A DNA stretch of 48,395 nt, taken from Actinomycetes bacterium. GTDB lineage: Bacteria; Actinomycetota; Humimicrobiia; JAHJRV01. The notes beneath the pieces were generated by a model. That model searched no databases. It was not told the origin of the DNA and worked only from the letters and a program-made list of their open reading frames with translations. The position numbers and the translations under genes are program-made. Every line of letters begins with the position of its first letter. Positions within the stretch are counted from its first letter, which is position 1. Below, piece by piece: positions 1 through 7,244 of this stretch. The stretch is taken from contig DAOWJR010000033.1 in assembly GCA_030640275.1 (NCBI GenBank), positions 1-48,395 on the forward strand, given 5' to 3'.

Positions 1-174
1 AATTTCATTAGATATACTTTTAATCTGTCTATCTGTTTTACCGCTACATATCACAAAATAATCAGTAATTATTAATCGACCACTTACATCCAATACTATG
101 ATGTCTAAAGCTTTCTTTTCATTAGCAGCTTTTGCAGCTTCTATGGCATTTAAAGAAGATTTTTTAAAAGATAT
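1..174 (-). CDS. rsfS: Ribosomal silencing factor RsfS (iojap family). N-terminal 58 codons only; the gene runs off the window at position 1.
   Basis: The reverse-complement translation is (I)SFKKSSLNAIEAAKAANEKKALDIIVLDVSGRLIITDYFVICSGKTDRQIKSISNEI. This carries the typical RsfS signature (A.DI.VLDV ... DYFVI.SG). The position after obg-nadD is the usual synteny. It is absent from the ORF track because there is no ATG/GTG/TTG start. AGGAGG lies 5 nt upstream of the in-frame ATA at 172-174. Confidence 0.7.
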   Translation of the reverse strand, partial: MSFKKSSLNAIEAAKAANEKKALDIIVLDVSGRLIITDYFVICSGKTDRQIKSISNEI

Positions 175-183
175 TTTTCCCTC

Positions 184-1476
184 CTATGATAATGGTAAAT
201 AATCGCTACCTATTAGAATAACAATATCAGCTTTTTGCTTGGTTTGTTCAGATAATAATCCGTCTGTTACTATTTTCCCTACCCCCAGAAGCTCTCTAAT
301 AGAAATTGCATCTTCAATTACACTTATTTTAAATGAAGTAACTATTATTTTAGTTTCAATATACTGAAAGCTGGCTGCATTCCCAATTTCAACTATTTGA
401 AAGTCATCCTGTAGTTTATTACCTGCATTATTTGCAATTCCAGGACTTCCACAACCATTTAAAATTATAATATCACTTTTTTCTTCTTCTTCAGGAGATA
501 CAACTGGTTTAAATTCCCCGAATATCTCTGTTATTTTTTCAGGTTGTGGAACATGATAATTACTACCGTCTATCTCTACTACTATTATAGGTAAAGTTTT
601 ATCTTTGAAAATTTTAGATTCCTGAAGTTTAGTCATGGATGAACCCAAAGATATTAATTCTTCAACAGAAAAATCTGAAGCAAAACATTCAGAAATTAAT
701 TGCATTTCGTTAGCTATCTCAGAATAACTCTTATTTGCCATTAGTTTATCTAAAATGGATAGATAAACACCTTGTTGATCCGATACATTAAAAATGCTCT
801 CACCTTCTCCACTTATGTAATGAAGATAACTAATAGCTAAATCTCCGCTTAAATTCTTTTCTCCCTTCTCAAGTAAAACTGTTACATCAGTATTAATATC
901 GGGAAAGCTTATATTTTCTGGTATATTAACTGAAACACCACCAATTTTTTCCACTAAATCAAAAACATTTACTAAGATATGATGATCCACCTCAATCCCT
1001 ATCGAATCATTTATAGCTGATTTTAAATCCTCTATTCGCCCTTCTTTTAATAACTGTTGTACTGTTACAGCTTCTCCGGAGAACTGAAGTATTGTTCTTA
1101 AAGGTATAGAGAGTAATAAACTTTCTTCTGAAATAGAATTATAGCTAACTAGTATTACTGAATTCGGAGAAATCTGCTCTAAGCTTTTATCAGAACCAAT
1201 GATTAAGAGGTTTGTTTTTCCACTAAAAACTAATTCCTCTTCAGTTGAAGTTGGTTGTTCCTCTTCTGAAGCTGAACTGGTTGTTTGTTCTTGTGCAGTT
1301 TCTCTACCTGATTTAAATAAACCTTTTTGAATATAGAAAATATAGTAGATAAGCAACAATATCGTTAACAAAACTACAAAGGTTATGAATCTTTTCCTTC
1401 TTTTATTCCTTTGTGATTTTAATCTTCTTTCCATTCTTGTACCAATTTTTTGTTCTTCCAATTTTAATCCCCTCAC
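184..1476 (-). CDS. LytR-CpsA-Psr (LCP) family cell-envelope protein with a C-terminal LytR_C-like domain
   Basis: 430 aa. It has a basic N-terminal tail, one TM helix (FITFVVLLTILLLIYYIFYI) and a Ser/Thr/Glu-rich linker. An LCP-like core follows (NLLIIGSD...VILVSYN). The C-terminal block IIILNGCGSPGIANNAGNKL is typical of LytR_C. GTG start. Confidence 0.7.
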   Translation of the reverse strand: MRGLKLEEQKIGTRMERRLKSQRNKRRKRFITFVVLLTILLLIYYIFYIQKGLFKSGRETAQEQTTSSASEEEQPTSTEEELVFSGKTNLLIIGSDKSLEQISPNSVILVSYNSISEESLLLSIPLRTILQFSGEAVTVQQLLKEGRIEDLKSAINDSIGIEVDHHILVNVFDLVEKIGGVSVNIPENISFPDINTDVTVLLEKGEKNLSGDLAISYLHYISGEGESIFNVSDQQGVYLSILDKLMANKSYSEIANEMQLISECFASDFSVEELISLGSSMTKLQESKIFKDKTLPIIVVEIDGSNYHVPQPEKITEIFGEFKPVVSPEEEEKSDIIILNGCGSPGIANNAGNKLQDDFQIVEIGNAASFQYIETKIIVTSFKISVIEDAISIRELLGVGKIVTDGLLSEQTKQKADIVILIGSDYLPLS

Positions 1477-1477
1477 A

Positions 1478-2095
1478 TTATTCTTTATATAAATTCATCT
1501 TATAAATATGATTAGCTACTCCATCTGGTAAAAGATATTTAATAGGTTTTCCAGTCCTCACTCTATTTCTAATATCAGTTGAAGAAATGGCAAGTGCTGG
1601 TATTTTAATAATATGTATTTTTTTATTGATATCAGCTATTCCCAATTCATCTTTCAGTCTTTTCTTAACATTGTTCAACCTATCGAGCTCATAACCTGGG
1701 CGAGTAGCTGCGATAAATATACACAAGTTTAGAATTTCAGCTGGATTTTTCCAAGTTAATATATCCAGAACTGCATCAGTACCTGTTATGAAGAAAATTT
1801 GTGAATCTTTATAAAGTTCATGTAAATCTTTTACTGTATCAATAGTATACGAAGGCTGAGGACGATCAATTTCTATTCTGGACACATAAAAATAAGGATT
1901 TGAGCCTGTAGCCATAACAGTCATCAGATATCTCTGTTGTGCGTTTGTAATTTTCTGACCTTCTTTATGAGGAGGATCACCTGTTGGAATAAACAATACT
2001 CTATCCAAATTAAATTGTATTCTTGCCTCTTCTGCTGTTACCAAATGTCCATAGTGAATAGGGTTAAAAGTACCACCCATTATTCCTATTCTCAA
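1478..2095 (-). CDS. nadD: Nicotinate-nucleotide adenylyltransferase
   Basis: 205 aa. N-terminal GIMGGTFNPIHYGHL (the (H/T)xGH nucleotidyltransferase motif). TTG start preceded by GAGGTAGGTG. obg-nadD-rsfS synteny. Confidence 0.9.
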   Translation of the reverse strand: MRIGIMGGTFNPIHYGHLVTAEEARIQFNLDRVLFIPTGDPPHKEGQKITNAQQRYLMTVMATGSNPYFYVSRIEIDRPQPSYTIDTVKDLHELYKDSQIFFITGTDAVLDILTWKNPAEILNLCIFIAATRPGYELDRLNNVKKRLKDELGIADINKKIHIIKIPALAISSTDIRNRVRTGKPIKYLLPDGVANHIYKMNLYKE

Positions 2096-2215
2096 AATCT
2101 ATACACCTACCTCAATATCAATAATTTAGCTAATTTATAAAATTAAAAGTTTAAAAATAAATTAATAAATATAAAAATTATAAATTAAAAAAATTGATAT
2201 GTTAAAAAAATTTTA

Positions 2216-3523
2216 TTATTTTTTTACACCTTTCTCCGGAATAAAATCAAAATTTTTGTCACAAATTAAAACTGTGTCACCCTCTTTTACTCCATATTTT
2301 AACAATTTTTCATTTAATCCCAATTTATCAAGCCTACGCTGCATATACGAAACAGCTTGTGGATTATTAAAATCTGTCATTATTACAGCTCTTTCCACCT
2401 CATCACTAATCACTCTAAAGGCTTTACCTTCCCTCTTTATTTTAATTAATTTTTGCTCTTTAAAGATATATTCCTTTTTGATTTTTGTTTTTTTTATTTC
2501 CTTTTTTTTAGTCTTTCTTAAAGTATCTTTTATATCAATACACAGTTTTTCAAGACCCTCGAAAAAAATAGCAGATATTAAGTTTACTTTCTTTTTATAT
2601 TTTTCACTAAAAAATTTTTTTACCCTCTTTATTTCTTCATCATCCTGTAGTATATCTATTTTATTTAAGGCTATGATTTGAGGTTTTTTCAACAACTCTT
2701 TATCAAATGACTTCATTTCGTTATTTAACATAATAAAATCATTAATAGGATCCCTTTGAGACGATACTGAGACTTCTAAAATATGAATGAGAATTTTCGT
2801 CCTTAGAATATGTTTTAGAAACTTAATTCCAAGACCTGCTCCTTTATGAGCTCCTTTAATTAACCCAGGAATTTCTGCAATTATATAACTGAAGTCTTCT
2901 TCTTCTCTCATTCCAACCTTTGGATACAAAGTTGTGAATGGATAATTAGCTATTTTTGGTTTTGCTGAAGTTAATTTACTGAGTAAGGTTGATTTTCCAA
3001 CGTTTGGAAATCCTACTATCCCAACATCTGCAATTAGTCTCAACTCAAGCTCAATCCATCTTCCCCTTACAACTTCTCCCTTCTCAGCAAAAGATGGAGC
3101 TTGTAGTATTGATCTAACAAAAGAAGCATTTCCTTTTCCACCTCTTCCACCATTAGCTATAATTACTTCAATACCATCCTGATTAAGATCTGTCACAAAT
3201 GAACCTTTATCATCTTTTATCACTGTGCCAACTGGAACATTTATGATTAAATCCTTTCCATTCTTTCCATCCTTATTTGCACCTTTTCCATGCTTGCCCC
3301 TTTCAGCCTTAAAATGCACAAGATAAGCAAAATCAAGCAAGGAAGTTTTTTCTGAGTCAGATTTTAAAATGACACTTCCTCCATTTCCTCCACTTCCACC
3401 ATTTGGTCCACCTTTTGCTTTATGGCGTGTTCTTAAAAAACTAACACAACCGTTACCTCCATCTCCACCTTTTACGAATATCCTGGCTTCATCTAAAAGA
3501 TCTATTTTTTCCTTATATCTCAT
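2216..3523 (-). CDS. obg: GTPase Obg/CgtA
   Basis: 435 aa. Gly-rich Obg fold (FVKGGDGGNGCVSF, GGPNGGSGGNGGSV). G domain with GFPNVGKST and NKID. C-terminal OCT-like domain. Located downstream of rplU-rpmA. Confidence 0.95.
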   Translation of the reverse strand: MRYKEKIDLLDEARIFVKGGDGGNGCVSFLRTRHKAKGGPNGGSGGNGGSVILKSDSEKTSLLDFAYLVHFKAERGKHGKGANKDGKNGKDLIINVPVGTVIKDDKGSFVTDLNQDGIEVIIANGGRGGKGNASFVRSILQAPSFAEKGEVVRGRWIELELRLIADVGIVGFPNVGKSTLLSKLTSAKPKIANYPFTTLYPKVGMREEEDFSYIIAEIPGLIKGAHKGAGLGIKFLKHILRTKILIHILEVSVSSQRDPINDFIMLNNEMKSFDKELLKKPQIIALNKIDILQDDEEIKRVKKFFSEKYKKKVNLISAIFFEGLEKLCIDIKDTLRKTKKKEIKKTKIKKEYIFKEQKLIKIKREGKAFRVISDEVERAVIMTDFNNPQAVSYMQRRLDKLGLNEKLLKYGVKEGDTVLICDKNFDFIPEKGVKK

Positions 3524-3711
3524 TTTGCATAAAATTGTGTAGGAATTTAATTAAGAAATTTTATAATTTACCTAAATTTTTAATTTTAGGGCAACTCTTT
3601 ATGGTTACTTTTTAATGCAAGGCTAAAGCCTTGCCATACTTTACGGATTTATTTTATTATGTAAGATTATCTTATATCAAAACTTTATTAGAATCTAAAA
3701 TTTTATTTAAT

Positions 3712-3740
3712 AAAAAAAGACCATAATTTTATGGTCTTTT
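3712..3740 (-). terminator. Rho-independent terminator downstream of rpmA
   Basis: The minus strand reads AAAGACCATAA-AAT-TATGGTCTTT followed by a T-run. It is a perfect stem about 50 nt after the rpmA stop. Confidence 0.7.
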
Positions 3741-3791
3741 CTCAAAATGTTTTATAAATAGCAGAATATTTTCTAAATTAATTAAAATTTA

Positions 3792-4043
3792 TTAAGGTAT
3801 TATATTTATGCTTTTTTTGTTTTTAGATAATCTTTTGAAAAATACATTTCCAGCAATTTTAGCAAAAAGTGTATCATCTCTTCCTCTTCCAACATTATGA
3901 CCTGGTTTATAACAAGTACCTCTTTGCCTGACAAGAATTGTTCCTGCATTTACAAACTGACCACCAAAGCGCTTTATACCTAAACGCTTTGAAGTTCCCT
4001 CTCTTCCATTTCGGCTGCTTCCTCCACCCTTTTTATGTGCCAT
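3792..4043 (-). CDS. rpmA: 50S ribosomal protein L27
   Basis: 83 aa, [29 protein letters not shown]. There is no N-terminal propeptide. SD GAGGTG lies upstream. Confidence 0.95.
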   Translation of the reverse strand: MAHKKGGGSSRNGREGTSKRLGIKRFGGQFVNAGTILVRQRGTCYKPGHNVGRGRDDTLFAKIAGNVFFKRLSKNKKSINIIP

Positions 4044-4146
4044 TTATATCACCTCTGCATATATTATAATCTATTTTATGATTAATTTAAACTTAATTTA
4101 TTAGATATCTTTTATTTTAATTTCTATTTCTTTTTAATAAGATTCT

Positions 4147-4476
4147 TTATTCCTTCTTTGATTTGGGAGATTTTATCTCTTTTAAAACTACCCGTGAGTA
4201 TTTTTGTCTATGACCAATTTTTCTCTTATAACCAGTTTTTGAAGTATGCTTGAAGCTTATTATTTTCTTTCCACTAATATGTTCTACTATTTCTCCAATT
4301 GCTCTATAATTGGATAGTATATCCTTGTCAACTATTATCTCTTCCTTTTCTGAGATGAGCTTTATGTTTGAAAAAATAACCTTATCTCCCTTCTCACCTT
4401 CTATTTTTTCAATTAAAAAAATCTCACCTAACTTAACTTTATATTGTTTTCCTCCAGTTTCAAGAACTATATAAAT
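4147..4476 (-). CDS. rplU: 50S ribosomal protein L21 (ATT start; missing from the ORF track)
   Basis: Manual translation gives (M/I)YIVLETGGKQYKVKLGEIFLIEKIEGEKGDKVIFSNIKLISEKEEIIVDKDILSNYRAIGEIVEHISGKKIISFKHTSKTGYKRKIGHRQKYSRVVLKEIKSPKSKKE*. It has the classic L21 N-terminus (YxxxETGGKQYKV) and the C-terminal GHRQ motif. AAGGAG lies 6 nt upstream of ATT. There is no ATG/GTG/TTG between the upstream in-frame TAA and the conserved N-terminus. Confidence 0.85.
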   Translation of the reverse strand: MYIVLETGGKQYKVKLGEIFLIEKIEGEKGDKVIFSNIKLISEKEEIIVDKDILSNYRAIGEIVEHISGKKIISFKHTSKTGYKRKIGHRQKYSRVVLKEIKSPKSKKE

Positions 4477-4535
4477 TTCAATCTCCTTTAAATCACTATT
4501 TTTATATAAACTTTTTAAATTTATAATGAGGGTAG

Positions 4536-4564
4536 ATTATATCAGAATCATTTTTTTGAGTCAA
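4536..4564 (-). promoter_or_regulatory. Sigma-70-type promoter for rplU-rpmA
   Basis: The minus strand reads TTGACT, a 17-nt spacer, then TATAAT. This is near-consensus, and it lies about 60 nt upstream of the rplU start. Confidence 0.55.
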
Positions 4565-4579
4565 AATTATTTTGATTGT

Positions 4580-4674
4580 TTGTCATCTAAAAAGTGAACT
4601 ACTCCCAGCTATTGCAAGTCAACTTCTCGACTACGGAGTTAAAAATAGACACTTTTTTATAAATTTAAAATTTA
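4580..4674. repeat. Intergenic element sharing about 49 nt with 23028-23077, interrupted here by a 45-nt insert
   Basis: 4580-4593 plus 4639-4674 (TTGTCATCTAAAAA ... TTAAAAATAGACACTTTTTTATAAATTTAAAATTTA) aligns with 23028-23077 (TTGTCATTTAAAAATTAAAAGTAGGCACTTTTTTGTAAATTTAAAGTTTA) at about 44/49 positions. The 45-nt insert at 4594-4638 is visibly more GC-rich and is absent from the second copy. Confidence 0.6.
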
Positions 4675-6357
4675 TCTAACAATTATTTTTGCTTGTGCAT
4701 AAGTTTTTTTAACATTTAATATCTCCACCCTCAACCTTTTATGAAGATATTCTCTGCCATCTATAATATGTATTATATAACCACTAAATCTTGAAATAGC
4801 ATCCTTGGAAATATATGAGTGAGGTTCCTCCACTAATATATCTAAAACCTGTCCCTGATATACAGGTATTGCTGCTTCTTCTATCTCTTTTATAATTCCC
4901 TCTTTTAGTAAATTGAAAGCATTAATGGGGATACTATCATTACCCTTTATGGAAATATATTTATTTGTAATATTCTCCAATTTTTTTAAATTTTCTCCGC
5001 CCTGACCTATAACCATAGCTGCAACGCCACTATTAAGTTCTATAAGAAATGCTTCGGATTCACTTTCTTTTGCTAATCTAAAAATTTCTCTTTCAGTTTT
5101 TAATCTCATAGATTCCTCTGATAGGATATATCCACCTTCATCACAATAGGGGCAGGGCTTACATAAAACATCTTGAATCCCTTCTGTAACATTTTTTCTA
5201 GTCATTTCAAGCAATCCCAATTTTGAAATATCAGTTATATTAGTTGTTACATTGTCAGACTGTAGAGCATTTTTCATAGCTTCAACAATTTTTAGCCTAT
5301 TTTCCTCTTTCTCCATATCAATAAAATCAATAACAATTAATCCTCCAATATCTCTTAGCTTTATTTGCTTAACAATCTCTTCAACAGCTTCCAAATTTAT
5401 ATGAACAATTGTCTTTTCTAAGTCATTTTTTCCTGAAAAACGTCCAGAATTTACATCAATAGCAGTTAGAGCTTCTGTTTTATCAATTACAACAAATCCA
5501 CCTGATTTTAACCAAACCTTCCTTTTAAGAGCTAAATCAATTGCCTTTTCAACTCCCATTTCTTCAAATAACGGTTTTTCTCCACTGTGTAGCTTTAGTT
5601 TTGAATGCATTTGAGGAATCTTCTTTTTTAAATAATTGGATATATGATCATATAACTGTTTTGTATCTACCACAATGCTGTTAAAATCTAAAGTTAATCT
5701 ATCCCTTAGAATTCTATGAACTAAGTCTAACTCCTTATGAATTAGAGTTGGGGAATCTAACCTTCGAGCTTTATTTTGAATATTATTCCATAAACGCTTA
5801 AGGTATTTTAACTCTCTTTTTAAAATAGCTAACTTCGTGTCTCTTGCAACAGTTCTAATTACTATTCCCATATTTTTAATTTTTAACCTTGTGCTTAAAC
5901 TTCTCAACCTTTCTCTTTCTGATTCATCAAGTTTTTTAGAAACACCTACTCCATCACCATATGGCATCATTACCAAATATCTACCAGCAAGAGAGATAAG
6001 GGATGTTAACCGAGCTCCTTTGGTTCCCATCGGGACTCTTGTTACCTGAACTATTAACATCTGTCCAGGTTTTAGGATTTGTTTTATTTTTCCTTTTACT
6101 ATTTCATTAGTTCCTTCATAATAATCAAAAGGTGAACCAACCTCCTTTACAAATAAGAAAGCATTTTTCTTTACCCCTATATCTACAAAAGCGGAGTCTA
6201 AACCGTACATTATTTTTTGAACTCTTCCCAAATATATATTTCCAATTATTGAATCTTTTCTTTCTCTATCAAAATAAAGTTCCGCAACTTCATCATTTTC
6301 CAAAATTGCCACTCTAATTTCATTTAGATCTGAACTTATTAATAAATCATATTTCAT
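4672..6357 (-). CDS. rng: Ribonuclease G/E family (Rne/Rng) with a C-terminal KH-like and TRAM-like extension
   Basis: 561 aa. N-terminal S1 domain (IGNIYLGRVQKIMYGLDSAFVDIG). DNase-I-like catalytic block (TEALTAIDVNSG). Zn-link CPYCDEGGY. The extension carries VIGQGGENLKKLE (a KH GxxG motif) and the final ~60 aa GQVLDILVEE...RLRVEILNVKKTYAQAKII (TRAM-like). Confidence 0.9.
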   Translation of the reverse strand: MKYDLLISSDLNEIRVAILENDEVAELYFDRERKDSIIGNIYLGRVQKIMYGLDSAFVDIGVKKNAFLFVKEVGSPFDYYEGTNEIVKGKIKQILKPGQMLIVQVTRVPMGTKGARLTSLISLAGRYLVMMPYGDGVGVSKKLDESERERLRSLSTRLKIKNMGIVIRTVARDTKLAILKRELKYLKRLWNNIQNKARRLDSPTLIHKELDLVHRILRDRLTLDFNSIVVDTKQLYDHISNYLKKKIPQMHSKLKLHSGEKPLFEEMGVEKAIDLALKRKVWLKSGGFVVIDKTEALTAIDVNSGRFSGKNDLEKTIVHINLEAVEEIVKQIKLRDIGGLIVIDFIDMEKEENRLKIVEAMKNALQSDNVTTNITDISKLGLLEMTRKNVTEGIQDVLCKPCPYCDEGGYILSEESMRLKTEREIFRLAKESESEAFLIELNSGVAAMVIGQGGENLKKLENITNKYISIKGNDSIPINAFNLLKEGIIKEIEEAAIPVYQGQVLDILVEEPHSYISKDAISRFSGYIIHIIDGREYLHKRLRVEILNVKKTYAQAKIIVR

Positions 6358-6402
6358 AAAAAATAACTTCTAAAATACCCTTTACTTAAAATATCTAATA
6401 AT

Positions 6403-7110
6403 CTATTTGAGCAGTGTAAACGGACTTAGAAGTAAATCACCATCCTTTCTAAACATATTAATTCTTAGAATTCTCTTTAAAAAAAATTTTCTTTTATTTT
6501 CCAGTGAGTTTAAAAATTTAATAAGATCGTTTATTTTTAAATCATCTTGACTACCAATAGCGATTAAAAAATCTATTATTATATTATCAGGTAAACTTCT
6601 AATTTTAAAATTAAGTAATTTCTCCTTAAAATATTTAGCATTTTTTGATAATTGATTGTTAAATCCTATCATATTCTCAGTAAATAATTTTAATAATAAA
6701 TCAGCTTCCTGTCTTTTTACTAACTCAGGCCGGTACGAAAATATTAATTGATATCTCATACAATTTATCTGGCTTGAAAGAGATTGGGATAACTTTACAG
6801 ATTTCGCCTTTAATACTTTTAACCCTTGAGGTAACTGGTCATTTATTCTTTTCACAAATGTCTTTGTTGATAACTTCTTGCTTAAAATTATATCCGCATA
6901 CTCACCAACACTTTCCCATCCAACTTTTAAAGCATATGCAGTTGATAATTTCGGTTTTGGATGATAACCTTTCGAATAAAGCATAGGTATTTTTGCTCTT
7001 CTTAATGCTCTAATTAAAAGATTAATCAAATCTAAATGCGATATGTATTTTATATCACTTAGTTTTGAAAATCTAAAACGAATAATTACTTTACTTGTAT
7101 TTTTAACCAA
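6403..7110 (-). CDS. Radical-SAM-associated protein (DUF2344 / TIGR03936-like)
   Basis: 235 aa. N-terminus IIRFRFSKLSDIKYISHLDLINLLIRALRRAKIPMLYSKGYHPKPKLS matches the hallmark of the family. That family is found fused to, or just downstream of, TIGR03960 radical SAM proteins. TTG start. Confidence 0.7.
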   Translation of the reverse strand: MVKNTSKVIIRFRFSKLSDIKYISHLDLINLLIRALRRAKIPMLYSKGYHPKPKLSTAYALKVGWESVGEYADIILSKKLSTKTFVKRINDQLPQGLKVLKAKSVKLSQSLSSQINCMRYQLIFSYRPELVKRQEADLLLKLFTENMIGFNNQLSKNAKYFKEKLLNFKIRSLPDNIIIDFLIAIGSQDDLKINDLIKFLNSLENKRKFFLKRILRINMFRKDGDLLLSPFTLLK

Positions 7111-7244
7111 TAATTTTTCCCTGATATTAAGTAATGCTTTACAAAATTAATTCAAAATTGCTAATTAAAAAATTTTATTAAAATTATTTAAAAAATATGT
7201 TGAAAATATTATTTTGAAAAAAATATAAAAAATATTTTTTTATT

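Noticed and set aside
2199-2681. 160-aa plus-strand ORF. This entry also covers the other plus-strand ORFs in the track: 1937-2140, 5837-6049, 6132-6317, 6774-6986, 8506-8754, 9753-9962, 11738-11959, 14063-14251, 16696-16932, 18314-18565, 18779-19030, 20005-20196, 21145-21348, 21398-21640, 25770-25961, 25942-26172, 27491-27697, 29443-29664, 30088-30309, 30448-30879, 31719-32024, 32632-32835, 32999-33211, 33471-33677, 35656-35883, 36399-36614, 39044-39283, 39565-39792, 39897-40085, 43675-43899, 43934-44146, 46761-46952 and 47732-48232.
   Set aside because: Each lies antisense to a well-supported minus-strand gene. Their compositions are low-complexity and Phe/Leu/Ile/Ser-rich, as expected from reading AT-rich coding DNA backwards. 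None has a recognisable motif or Shine-Dalgarno sequence, so I treat them as shadow ORFs.
4044-4146. Missing Prp (ysxB) protease gene between rplU and rpmA
   Set aside because: The 103-nt spacer has no ORF. L27 starts directly with MAHKKGGG and has no N-terminal propeptide, so no Prp is required. This is consistent, not anomalous.
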